33,258 bases of DNA from Flavobacteriaceae bacterium (GCA_038129785.1 JAYPMF010000006.1:1-33258), one strand, 5' to 3'; positions 1 through 8,914 are shown, numbered from the stretch's first letter. Numbers and translations are program-made. The notes: a model not told the origin generated them from the letters alone.

Positions 1-33
1 TTTCCACTTTAGTATCGGATTTAGATGGGACGA

Positions 34-537
34 TTAGTAGAGTCGAATTTTATGCTGCATTCCACCTATACCTAGTAGAGGCAAGATAGCTATGGCTAAG
101 ACTATTATTCCCATTCCACCTATCCAGTGGGTCATACTCCGCCAAAAAAGAATGCCTGCGGGCAAAGATTCTATGTCTTTCAAAATGGTAGATCCTGTGG
201 CAGTATAGCCCGACATTGTTTCAAAAAAAATAGAGGGCATATCCTGAATAGAATCGGTAATAATAAACGGAGTCATACCCGTTACCGTCATCAAAACCCA
301 ACCAAAGGTCACAATTATATACCCCTCTCTTTTCTGAATATGGGGTTCATGGTTTCTGGATAATAACATCATAAACCCTCCTATGGTCATAACGAAAAAA
401 GCCGAGATGGTCATTTCATAAGTCACACCATCTTTCATAATCCAACTGGCCAAGGTGGCCAATAACATCAAGCCTCCATTAAAAAGTAAAAGAATACCTA
501 TGATATATAGGATTACTTTATAGTTGAATTTGGACAT
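34..537 (-). CDS. trkH: TrkH/KtrB-family K+ uptake membrane subunit, N-terminal third only (truncated; possible pseudogene or breakpoint)
   Basis: Hydrophobic multi-TM protein with TrkH-like segments 'ETMSGYTATGSTIL' and 'AILPLLGIGGMQ'. It starts 8 nt after the trkA stop on the same strand. TAA at 34-36 ends it after 167 aa, about one third of the usual family length. Confidence 0.7.
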   Translation of the reverse strand: MSKFNYKVILYIIGILLLFNGGLMLLATLASWIMKDGVTYEMTISAFFVMTIGGFMMLLSRNHEPHIQKREGYIIVTFGWVLMTVTGMTPFIITDSIQDMPSIFFETMSGYTATGSTILKDIESLPAGILFWRSMTHWIGGMGIIVLAIAILPLLGIGGMQHKIRLY

Positions 538-545
538 GTATTACT

Positions 546-1895
546 TTATAAAAATAAACTTTCAACCCGTTTGATTGCCCTAGGCATAGCACACACAACA
601 ACGCGATCACCTGGCATGATAGTATAATCCCCTAAGGCAATAATACCCAGACCATCCCTTATGACTCCTCCAATAGTCGCCAATCTTGGAAAATCTAAAT
701 CTTTGATTTTGAAATTTGCTACCTTGGATTCGGGGTTGACAACAAATTCTAAAATTTCTGCATTGAGATTATTTAGGGTAGTCATATCAACAACTTCTCC
801 CCTTCTAATGTATCTGAAAATGGTATTTGCAGTAAGTAATTTTTTATTGATGAGTGTATCAATCCCAATAGCTTGTGACAAATGAAAATAATCCATATTT
901 TCAACCAAAGCAATGGTTTTTTCTACTCCCTTAGAGCTTGCCATTAGGCAGGACATTATATTAGTTTCTGAATTTTCGGTGACCGAGATAAATGCATCCA
1001 TTGATTCAATGGACTCCTCTTCTAATAACTCAGAACTTCTTCCGTCACCGTGGATGACCATCAAATCCGGTAATTCCTCAGTGATTTCCATTGCTTTGAG
1101 TTTGTTTTGTTCCAGTAATATCACACTGAATTTTTTTTCACAAAGTTCTCTAGCAGTATTAACACCAATTCTACTACCCCCAAGAATCATTACGTTTTTT
1201 ATAGGTTTATTACTCTTACCTGAAAGTTTCTGAATTTCCTCAACTCCTTCTTTTAAGGTGATAAAAAAAACAGTGTCTCCAACTTCAAAAACAGTGTCAC
1301 CCCGGGGAATTAGTGTAAACTGAGTTCCTTTGCGTTGCACAGCAATGGGCATAAAATGAACATCGGGAAAAATTGAGGCTGCCTCCTTTACTGTTTTTCC
1401 GACAAATGGAACATTTGTGCCCAACTGGGTTCCAATCATCGTCAAGGCACCCTCCTCAAATTCATAACTGTTACTGAAAGCTGATTGATCTAGCAGTTGC
1501 TGAATTTCATCTGCGGCAAGTTTTTCGGGAGAAATCAATTCGTCCACCCCAATATCCTGAAAGCTAATTGATTCATTAGTATTAGTAAATTCAATATTTG
1601 AGATACGGGCAATGGTTCTATTGGAACCCAACTGTTTAGCCAAAGCACAAACAGTAATATTCACTGATTCTGAACCTGTAACAGCAATGAGTAGATCTGA
1701 ATCAGCAGCATTGGATTCCTTTAGAACATTTAAAGAGCAGGCGTTTCCCCTAAGGGTTTTAATGTCTAAATGCCCTTCGGCGTAATTTAATCGATCACGC
1801 TCAAGATCGATCAAAGTGATGTCAAGAGATTCATAGGAAAGCAGTTTTGCCAAATGGAAACCCACCTCTCCGGCTCCTGCGATTATTATTTTCAT
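546..1895 (-). CDS. trkA: Trk system K+ uptake protein TrkA (NAD-binding RCK subunit)
   Basis: Two Rossmann GxGxxG motifs ('IIIAGAGEVG' at the N-terminus, 'VMILGGSRIG' mid-protein) indicate tandem TrkA-N/TrkA-C halves. The 449-aa length is typical and trkH follows directly. Confidence 0.9.
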   Translation of the reverse strand: MKIIIAGAGEVGFHLAKLLSYESLDITLIDLERDRLNYAEGHLDIKTLRGNACSLNVLKESNAADSDLLIAVTGSESVNITVCALAKQLGSNRTIARISNIEFTNTNESISFQDIGVDELISPEKLAADEIQQLLDQSAFSNSYEFEEGALTMIGTQLGTNVPFVGKTVKEAASIFPDVHFMPIAVQRKGTQFTLIPRGDTVFEVGDTVFFITLKEGVEEIQKLSGKSNKPIKNVMILGGSRIGVNTARELCEKKFSVILLEQNKLKAMEITEELPDLMVIHGDGRSSELLEEESIESMDAFISVTENSETNIMSCLMASSKGVEKTIALVENMDYFHLSQAIGIDTLINKKLLTANTIFRYIRRGEVVDMTTLNNLNAEILEFVVNPESKVANFKIKDLDFPRLATIGGVIRDGLGIIALGDYTIMPGDRVVVCAMPRAIKRVESLFL

Positions 1896-2072
1896 AATAC
1901 AAGTTCGAAAACTTAATGCAAATATAAGAAAACCATCGGGCTCGTTTTTTTAATTTGATGAAACCCTCATAGAGGGATTTAAATACAATACTTAAAGACT
2001 TAAATTTATTATTAAAAATCACTTCGATAACTTAAATCTAAATAGACAAATCACAATAGATTGCATTTATTA

Positions 2073-2080
2073 TATATTTG
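2073..2080 (+). promoter_or_regulatory. Candidate Bacteroidota -7 promoter box (TATATTTG, fits TAnnTTTG) abutting the ubiE start
   Basis: Exact match to the TAnnTTTG consensus, ending 3 nt before ATG 2084. There is no convincing TTTG -33 element at the expected spacing. Confidence 0.3.
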
Positions 2081-2083
2081 CAC

Positions 2084-2824
2084 ATGACCAGGAAACAGGT
2101 GGTCCCCTACAAAGACAAAAAAAAATCAAAAAAAAATCAAGTACGTCAAATGTTTGACGGAATTTCTCCTAGTTACGATTTAATGAATCGAATTATTTCA
2201 TTTGGGATTGACATAAAGTGGAGAAAAAACGTAGTGGCTTTACTCCTGCCCAAAAAGCCTAAAAAAATTTTGGATGTGGCTACAGGCACAGGAGATTTAG
2301 TCTTTGCTCTTGCCAAAACTCAGGCCACAGAAATAATTGGAATTGATATTTCCAAAGGTATGTTGGACATTGGTAGAAAAAAAGTGACAAAAAGTCGTTG
2401 GGATGTAAAAATAAAAATGGAAATTGGCGATAGCGAAAAAATCGCTTATCCTGCGAACTATTTTGATGCTGTTACTGTAGCCTTTGGTGTTAGAAATTTT
2501 GAAAACTTGGACAAAGGGCTTTCAGAGATTCTTAGAGTACTTCGCCCAGGCGGAGATCTGATCATACTTGAAACTGCAGTTCCCCAGAAATTCCCAATGT
2601 TTCAGCTTTACAAGTTATATACCCATTTTGTAATACCCATTTTGGGTTGGTTTTTTTCAAAAGACATATCTGCATATCAATATTTGTCTGATTCTGCGAA
2701 GGCATTTCCTTTTGGCAAAGCTTTCAACAATATTTTAGCGAAAAATGGGTTTATAGACATAGATGATATTCCCCAAACCTTAGGAGTAGCTTCTATTTAT
2801 CGTGCACAAAAACCAACATATTAA
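2084..2824 (+). CDS. ubiE: Demethylmenaquinone/ubiquinone C-methyltransferase (UbiE/MenG)
   Basis: Contains 'VRQMFDGISPSYDLMNRIISFGIDIKWRK', SAM-binding 'ILDVATGTGDL' and 'LRPGGDLIILE'. The ORF track opens at TTG 2078, but ATG 2084 is the likelier start. Confidence 0.9.
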   Translation: MTRKQVVPYKDKKKSKKNQVRQMFDGISPSYDLMNRIISFGIDIKWRKNVVALLLPKKPKKILDVATGTGDLVFALAKTQATEIIGIDISKGMLDIGRKKVTKSRWDVKIKMEIGDSEKIAYPANYFDAVTVAFGVRNFENLDKGLSEILRVLRPGGDLIILETAVPQKFPMFQLYKLYTHFVIPILGWFFSKDISAYQYLSDSAKAFPFGKAFNNILAKNGFIDIDDIPQTLGVASIYRAQKPTY

Positions 2825-3551
2825 AATTCTTTTTTTTACAGTTGCCTTTTTCTTTTTGGTAAGTAATTACGTCATTGCTCAATATCCAACAGTAAGAGAA
2901 AAAATAATCAATATCCCTACTTTTGATGATCGTTTACTGCATTACGGGTATTTTGTGGGGATCAACTCATATGACTTTAAGTTTTCTTATCAAAAGGATT
3001 ATTATGCTGACAAATTTAAAGATGTTGAAGTTCAATCTAAATCAGGATTTAATGTTGGATTGATTGGCGACTTAAGAGTTAATAAATACATCAATATCAG
3101 GATTGAACCAGGTTTGTATTATTCGAAAAGGGATCTAATATTTGAACATCCTCTTTTAACTGATGAATCAGATCGTTTGAGAGAGGTTAAATCGACTTAT
3201 ATTCACCTTCCATTGATTGTCAAATTCAGTGCAGAACGCATCAACAACTTCAGACCATTTGTTTTGGCAGGAATTTCTAAGGATTTCAATCTGTCGAGTA
3301 ATCACAAAAACATTGACGATAACTATAGTAATGTTTTCAGAACCGAGTCTCAGAATATTAATTATGAAATTGGATTGGGATTTGACTTTTATTTGTTCTA
3401 CTTTAAATTCTCACCATCAATAAGAGGTATATTTTCTATGCAAAATGAATTGATTCCTGACAACGTTATCCCCAAATCAGATAGTCCTTGGACAGGAGGT
3501 ATAACTAAAATGGTCAGTCGAGGGTTTGCGATAAACTTAACTTTCGAGTAA
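2802..3551 (+). CDS. porT: PorT/SprT-family outer-membrane beta-barrel protein (type IX secretion associated)
   Basis: Signal peptide 'KILFFTVAFFFLVSNYVIAQ' followed by a ~230-aa aromatic-rich body with an alternating beta-strand pattern, ending 'AINLTFE'. Its size and its position right after ubiE match the PorT arrangement I recall in Flavobacteriia. The only in-frame start upstream of the signal peptide is GTG 2802, which overlaps ubiE by 23 nt. Confidence 0.6.
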   Translation: MHKNQHIKILFFTVAFFFLVSNYVIAQYPTVREKIINIPTFDDRLLHYGYFVGINSYDFKFSYQKDYYADKFKDVEVQSKSGFNVGLIGDLRVNKYINIRIEPGLYYSKRDLIFEHPLLTDESDRLREVKSTYIHLPLIVKFSAERINNFRPFVLAGISKDFNLSSNHKNIDDNYSNVFRTESQNINYEIGLGFDFYLFYFKFSPSIRGIFSMQNELIPDNVIPKSDSPWTGGITKMVSRGFAINLTFE

Positions 3552-3552
3552 T

Positions 3553-4278
3553 TTAGAAGACTCTGGAACGAAAGATTTCACTCAACAAAATAGCTGTAGC
3601 AGTTGCAACATTAAGGCTTTCAGCACCTCGATTCCTTGAATGAGCAGGTATGGTTATTCGATTTTTGATCTTAGCTAATAATTCATCATTTATGCCGTGA
3701 GATTCACTTCCCATTATCAAAAGTCCATCAGTAGGAAAAGGTTCTCTATAAACAGAATTTCCATCTAGAGTAGTGGCGTAAACTTTGGTCTCACATTTAT
3801 CAATTAAGGTAAATAGATCAACATAGTGGCACTGAACCCTCGAAATAGATCCCATGGTGGATTGTACCACCTTAGGATTGAAACAATCTACCGTATTGGG
3901 ACTGCAAAAAAGGTTTTGGATCCCAAACCAGTCACAGAGTCTTATGATGGTTCCCAAATTTCCGGGATCTGCAATACTGTCTAATGCTATAGAAAACCCA
4001 TTATTTATATATGAAAATTGATATTTAGGCAGGTGAAAAACTCCAATTATCGTAGTAACTGAAGAAAAATTTGATATTTTTTTAAGCTCAGACCGGTCTA
4101 CCATGGTATGAGGAATATTTTGTAGTGGATTAGTGGTATAAATTTCATTGACTCTCCAACCTGAATCTAATAATTCATAGACCACTTTTTCCCCTTCTGC
4201 GACAAACAAATTATTTTCTTGTCTGAATTTTTTTTGGGATAATTTACGGATAAGTTTCAGTCGATTTTTGCTTAACAT
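3553..4278 (-). CDS. TrmH/SpoU-family RNA 2'-O-methyltransferase
   Basis: SPOUT motifs 'PGNLGTIIRLCDWFG', 'LLIMGSESHGI' and 'IPAHSRNRGAESLNVATATAILLSE', with an N-terminal substrate-binding region. Confidence 0.85.
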   Translation of the reverse strand: MLSKNRLKLIRKLSQKKFRQENNLFVAEGEKVVYELLDSGWRVNEIYTTNPLQNIPHTMVDRSELKKISNFSSVTTIIGVFHLPKYQFSYINNGFSIALDSIADPGNLGTIIRLCDWFGIQNLFCSPNTVDCFNPKVVQSTMGSISRVQCHYVDLFTLIDKCETKVYATTLDGNSVYREPFPTDGLLIMGSESHGINDELLAKIKNRITIPAHSRNRGAESLNVATATAILLSEIFRSRVF

Positions 4279-4311
4279 CCAAAAAACGTAATTTTAACGA
4301 ATATTCTTCCC

Positions 4312-6867
4312 ATGGGAAACATTGTACCGTCAAAGTTAACGATAATCTTTATTTTGTTGATTACACTCTATGGGTGCGGTATTACCAAAAAAAATATGAG
4401 TAATCAATACTTGCTTGAGAAAAACATATTAATCAAAAATAATCAAGAATTAATAAATGATCCAATAAAATTTTTGTTGGTTGACCAGCCCAACAAAAAA
4501 GTCTTTGGAATTCCTTTTAAAAGAAATCTTTACAATTTGTCAGTATCAAACTCTGATTCTGTTTTCAATGATTGGTTGAACAGAAAAGAAAATAGAAAAA
4601 AGCGCTTGGATAATTGGCTTTCTCCAAAACAGGTTAAGGAGTTAAGGAGATACAAATCTGGCTTCAACAATTGGCTAAAAGAAAATGGAGAAGCCCCAGT
4701 TTTTTTGGACACTGTTTCCTCCCAAAAAAGTGTTAATCGTTTAAAACAATTTTACAAAAATCAAGGCTATTTTGACACAGAGGTTATCTCAAAAACAATA
4801 TTGGAAACAGAAAATAAATCTACGGTTCAATATTTTATCGAAACGGGAGAACAATACACTATTGATTCAGTAAGTAAAAAAATAAATTCCCGGGCATTGG
4901 ATTCTTTGTATGAATTATCGATGGCGAAGTCCCTGATTCAAAAGGGAAATCCATTTGAGATTGATAGGTTTGAAGCTGAACGAACGAGGTTAATCAACTT
5001 TTTTAGAAATAACGGTGTTTACAATTTTCAGCAAAACAGCATACAGTTCACAGCAGCAATTGACAGTAGTGGTACAGACACCAAAATCCCTGTTGTAGTT
5101 GAAATCGCTGATCTACAAAAAAGAGAAAATGATAGTCTGAAAAATGTTCCTTATCAAATTCATAAGGTCTCGAAAATCAAAATCTATGTTGACACTCCGG
5201 GTCAGCTAGGACAATTGTCCAGTTACAGTGACAGTATCAATCACAATGATTTTACTTTATATTTTAAAGGAAAATTAAAATACAAGCCGAAAGCTTTGGA
5301 AGAGGTTATTTTCATCCAAAAAGATAAAGCTTATAGTGATTTAGAAAGGACTCAAACCTATCGATATATTTCCAACTTGAGAAATTTTAAATACCCGAGT
5401 ATTACCTATGACCAAATAGATAGAAAGCATACCGACCTTGTAGCCAATATTTTTTTAAATCCAAAAGAGCGTTTTTCTATGGGTTTCGATCTTGATCTTT
5501 CGCATTCAAACATACAAGATTTTGGTTTTTCGATAGGGAGCTCTTTTGGCATCAGAAATATCTTTAGGGGGGCAGAAATTCTTGAAATAGGGGTTAAAAA
5601 TACTTTTGGTTCATCTAGTGATATAGCCTCTATTGATAAACAGTTATTCAACCTCTTCGAGTTGGGAGCTGACATTAAGTTGAGATTCCCCAGAATTTTG
5701 TTTCCCTTGAATTTAGACCTAATCATTCCCAAAACCACTAATCCCTCTACCGATGTCACTTTTAGTGCAACACTTCAACAAAACATCGGATTGGATAAGC
5801 AATATTTTGGCGCTAGTTATCAATTTAATTGGCAACCCAATTCATATGCTAAACTAAATCTCAAAATCATAGATCTAGAATTTATTAACAACCAAAACAT
5901 CAATAATTATTTTAATGTTTACAGAAATTCATATGATAAACTCAACGAAATCTCGAAATCCTATAATACCAATCCAAAAAACATTGACCCTAATGGTAAT
6001 TTGACAATTCCTGAAGGTGCAGACAACTTCATAACCGAAGTACAAAACTTTCAAACCTCCCTGCCTAACGATCACATCAAATACCAAGATGTAAACTTAA
6101 TTAGAGAGAGACAAACGCGATTGACCAACAACAACCTGATTTTTGGCTCCTCCTTTATATTAAACTATAATAGTCAACAAAACATTCTCGATGAATCTTT
6201 TTTTCAACTGCAGTGGAAACTCAGTTTAGTTGGAACTTTGCTCAATGAAATAATAAAATCTACTGGAACTAAAAGAAACGAAAACGATCAATTCGAAATT
6301 GCTGGTGTTACTCCATCACAATACTTCAAAACAGAATTGAATTATATCAAGCACTGGCAAATATACGCCAAGAGCGTACTGGCATTTAGAGCCTTTGGTG
6401 GTATTGCCATTCCTTTTGGAAATGCAAACAGCATTCCATTTACAAGATCTTATTTTTCTGGCGGATCAAATGACAATCGAGGATGGCGGGCATATAAATT
6501 AGGTCCTGGAAGTAGTAATAATCTTAACGAATTTAATGAAGCTAATTTAAAACTAACTTTAAATTTAGAATATCGTTTTCCACTGACTGGTAAAATAAAT
6601 GGTGCTTTTTTTGTAGATGCTGGAAATATTTGGAACGTTCTTGACAATGTAACTGATCCTGCATACCGTTTTGAAGGTTTAAAAGATTTAAGTGAAATTG
6701 CCATTGGTTCGGGTTTTGGGTTACGTTATGACTTCAATTTTTTTGTCTTTCGACTGGATACCGGCTTCAAAACATATAATCCATCACTTCCTCAATCCTC
6801 CAGATGGCAAGTAGATTATGCCATTAAAAATGCCGTTTTCAATATTGGTATAAATTATCCATTTTAA
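4312..6867 (+). CDS. Omp85-superfamily outer-membrane protein (BamA/TamA-like, predicted lipoprotein, TamL-like)
   Basis: Lipobox 'LITLYGC' near the N-terminus. C-terminal surface-antigen barrel motifs 'YFSGGSNDNRGWRAY', 'FFVDAGNIW' and 'GFGLRYD', with a terminal aromatic beta-signal 'GINYPF'. Confidence 0.8.
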   Translation: MGNIVPSKLTIIFILLITLYGCGITKKNMSNQYLLEKNILIKNNQELINDPIKFLLVDQPNKKVFGIPFKRNLYNLSVSNSDSVFNDWLNRKENRKKRLDNWLSPKQVKELRRYKSGFNNWLKENGEAPVFLDTVSSQKSVNRLKQFYKNQGYFDTEVISKTILETENKSTVQYFIETGEQYTIDSVSKKINSRALDSLYELSMAKSLIQKGNPFEIDRFEAERTRLINFFRNNGVYNFQQNSIQFTAAIDSSGTDTKIPVVVEIADLQKRENDSLKNVPYQIHKVSKIKIYVDTPGQLGQLSSYSDSINHNDFTLYFKGKLKYKPKALEEVIFIQKDKAYSDLERTQTYRYISNLRNFKYPSITYDQIDRKHTDLVANIFLNPKERFSMGFDLDLSHSNIQDFGFSIGSSFGIRNIFRGAEILEIGVKNTFGSSSDIASIDKQLFNLFELGADIKLRFPRILFPLNLDLIIPKTTNPSTDVTFSATLQQNIGLDKQYFGASYQFNWQPNSYAKLNLKIIDLEFINNQNINNYFNVYRNSYDKLNEISKSYNTNPKNIDPNGNLTIPEGADNFITEVQNFQTSLPNDHIKYQDVNLIRERQTRLTNNNLIFGSSFILNYNSQQNILDESFFQLQWKLSLVGTLLNEIIKSTGTKRNENDQFEIAGVTPSQYFKTELNYIKHWQIYAKSVLAFRAFGGIAIPFGNANSIPFTRSYFSGGSNDNRGWRAYKLGPGSSNNLNEFNEANLKLTLNLEYRFPLTGKINGAFFVDAGNIWNVLDNVTDPAYRFEGLKDLSEIAIGSGFGLRYDFNFFVFRLDTGFKTYNPSLPQSSRWQVDYAIKNAVFNIGINYPF

Positions 6868-6910
6868 AATAAAAAAGTTTGATAATTTTACAGCTGTAAA
6901 CCAATTATTA

Positions 6911-7981
6911 ATGAACCATAACTTTCCTAGTGGTGTACTGACAGGAAGTGTAGTACAAGATTTATTTCAATTTGCCAAACAAAAAGCTTTTGCCCTTCCA
7001 GCGGTCAACGTAGTAGGGAGTAACTCAACTAATGCAGTCATTGAAACTGCTGCTGAATTGAACAGTCCCGTGATCATTCAATTTTCAAATGGGGGGTCTC
7101 AGTTTATGGCTGGTAAAGGCCTGTCTAACGAAAATCAAAGAGCTGCTATAGCTGGAGCTATATCTGGAGCCAAACACGTTCATGAGTTGGCAAAACACTA
7201 TGGAGCGACCGTCATATTGCACACCGACCATTGTGCAAAAAATTTATTGCCATGGATAGACGGTCTTTTGGATGCTGGAGAAATTTTTTATAAACAAACA
7301 GGAAAACCCCTATACAGTTCACATATGATTGACCTGTCAGAGGAACCAATTGAAGAAAACATAGAAATTTGCAAAAATTATCTTGCCCGAATGGAAAAAA
7401 TGGGAATGACTCTTGAAATTGAACTGGGTGTCACAGGAGGTGAAGAAGATGGTGTTGATAACACTGATATTGATATTTCCAAATTATACACTCAGCCAGC
7501 AGAGGTGGCTTACGCTTATGAAGAGTTGAGTAAAATAAGCCCCCGATTTACCGTAGCCGCTGCTTTTGGCAATGTTCATGGTGTATACAAACCAGGAAAT
7601 GTAAAATTGACACCAAAAATTTTAAAAAATTCTCAAGAATTTGTCTCCGAAAAATTTGGGGTACCAGAAAATACTGTAAATTTTGTTTTCCATGGAGGAT
7701 CGGGATCGTCTCTTCAGGAGATTACCGAAGCTATTGGCTATGGAGTTATCAAAATGAATATTGATACTGACTTACAGTTTGCCTTTACCGAGGGTATTCG
7801 CAACTACATGGTAGACAATATAGATTATTTAAGAACACAAATTGGGAATCCCGATGGCAAGGACTCTCCCAATAAAAAATATTACGACCCCAGAAAATGG
7901 CTCAGAAAAGGAGAGGAAACCTTTAAAAGACGACTTGTAAAAGCTTTTGAAGATTTAAATAATGTCAACACCCTAGATTGA
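6911..7981 (+). CDS. fbaA: Class II fructose-1,6-bisphosphate aldolase
   Basis: Motifs 'ILHTDHCAK', 'LEIELGVTGGEEDGVDN', 'AAAFGNVHGVYKPGNVKL' and 'FVFHGGSGS'; 356 aa. Confidence 0.92.
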   Translation: MNHNFPSGVLTGSVVQDLFQFAKQKAFALPAVNVVGSNSTNAVIETAAELNSPVIIQFSNGGSQFMAGKGLSNENQRAAIAGAISGAKHVHELAKHYGATVILHTDHCAKNLLPWIDGLLDAGEIFYKQTGKPLYSSHMIDLSEEPIEENIEICKNYLARMEKMGMTLEIELGVTGGEEDGVDNTDIDISKLYTQPAEVAYAYEELSKISPRFTVAAAFGNVHGVYKPGNVKLTPKILKNSQEFVSEKFGVPENTVNFVFHGGSGSSLQEITEAIGYGVIKMNIDTDLQFAFTEGIRNYMVDNIDYLRTQIGNPDGKDSPNKKYYDPRKWLRKGEETFKRRLVKAFEDLNNVNTLD

Positions 7982-8012
7982 TTAAATTAGAAGTAATTAA
8001 ATTGCTCCCCAT

Positions 8013-8870
8013 ATGAGCTGGTTTAAAAGAAGTGAAAAAGGTATTCAGACCAAAACAGAGGAGAAAAAAGATATTCCTAAAGGACTTTGGTATAAAACCC
8101 CTACTGGGAAGATTATCGAAACACAGGAGTTGGCTTCGAATTTTTATGTTTCACCCGAAGACGACTATCACGTTCACATCGGTAGCAAGGAGTATTTTGA
8201 GATTTTATTTGATGAAAACCATTTCAAGGAATTGGATAAAAAAATAAAACCGAAAGACTTTATAGGTTTTAAAGACTCCAAAAAATATGTTGATCGTCTA
8301 AAAGAAGCTCAAAAGAAAACGGGCTTAAATGATGCCATACGAACTGCAGTAGGAAAATCCAAAGGAAGGGATTTGGTGGTTGCTTGTATGGATTTTTCTT
8401 TCATTGGCGGATCTATGGGGTCTGTAGTGGGGGAAAAAATTGCGAGAGCTTGTGACTATGCTATAGAACACCACTTACCTTTAATTATCATTTCCAAATC
8501 TGGTGGTGCTAGGATGATGGAATCTGCGAATTCACTTATGCAAATGGCAAAAACCTCAGCAAAACTTGCTGCACTAGCCGAGGCCAAGTTACCCTATATT
8601 TCTCTATGTACTGACCCTACCACCGGTGGAACAACTGCCTCCTTTGCTATGTTAGGAGATATTAATATTGGAGAACCAGGTGCTTTGATAGCCTTTGCAG
8701 GCCCAAGAGTGGTAAAGGACACAACAGGAAGCGATCTTCCCCACGGATTTCAAAAAAGCGAATTCTTGTTGGAAAAAGGATTTTTAGACTTCATTTGCCA
8801 TAGAAAACTGCTCAAAAATAAAATAAATCTATACTTGGATTTGATACTTAACCAACCTCTAAGAGATTAA
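8013..8870 (+). CDS. accD: Acetyl-CoA carboxylase carboxyltransferase beta subunit
   Basis: Motifs '[17 protein letters not shown]', '[11 protein letters not shown]', 'LMQMAKTSA' and 'FAGPRVV'; 285 aa. Confidence 0.92.
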   Translation: MSWFKRSEKGIQTKTEEKKDIPKGLWYKTPTGKIIETQELASNFYVSPEDDYHVHIGSKEYFEILFDENHFKELDKKIKPKDFIGFKDSKKYVDRLKEAQKKTGLNDAIRTAVGKSKGRDLVVACMDFSFIGGSMGSVVGEKIARACDYAIEHHLPLIIISKSGGARMMESANSLMQMAKTSAKLAALAEAKLPYISLCTDPTTGGTTASFAMLGDINIGEPGALIAFAGPRVVKDTTGSDLPHGFQKSEFLLEKGFLDFICHRKLLKNKINLYLDLILNQPLRD

Positions 8871-8883
8871 TTATACCAATAAG

Positions 8884-8914
8884 ATTGTAATTCTGATTAT
8901 TACAACTATATTTG
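8884..8914 (+). promoter_or_regulatory. Candidate Bacteroidota-type promoter for rpsO (-33-like ATTG, 19-nt spacer, -7 TATATTTG)
   Basis: TATATTTG at 8907-8914 matches TAnnTTTG exactly. aTTG at 8884-8887 matches 3 of 4 positions of the TTTG -33 element with 19 nt between them. It lies about 39 nt upstream of ATG 8953. Confidence 0.4.

Noticed and set aside
127-1233. Plus-strand ORFs 127-363, 661-885 and 913-1233, antisense to trkH and trkA
   Set aside because: They lie entirely inside well-supported minus-strand genes, have low-complexity composition and show no recognisable motifs. They are typical shadow ORFs.
1903-1909. GTTCGAA, a tRNA T-loop-like motif in the trkA/ubiE spacer
   Set aside because: The flanking bases cannot form a T-stem (acaag versus actta), and no acceptor or anticodon arms can be drawn. 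It is not a tRNA.
1964-1976. Small perfect hairpin ccctc-ata-gaggg in the trkA/ubiE spacer
   Set aside because: It has a 5-bp stem with a 3-nt loop, no T-tract and no gene end to terminate. It is too small to interpret.
1831-2022. 63-aa minus-strand ORF overlapping the trkA start and the upstream spacer
   Set aside because: It overlaps the conserved TrkA N-terminus in another frame and has no motif. The remainder is promoter region.
2078-2083. TTG-extended starts given by the ORF track for ubiE (2078), pnp (9273) and GH32 (18549)
   Set aside because: In each case a downstream ATG (2084, 9318, 18585) gives the conserved N-terminus or a proper signal peptide. The extensions add non-conserved residues.
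5406-5759. 117-aa minus-strand ORF inside the Omp85 gene, with similar cases at 4530-4712 and 6450-6704
   Set aside because: These are antisense shadow ORFs within a gene that has clear family motifs.
8885-8905. 7-bp inverted repeat ttgtaat/attacaa after accD, considered as a possible terminator
   Set aside because: The stem is AT-only, there is no downstream T-tract, and it overlaps the better-supported rpsO promoter elements.
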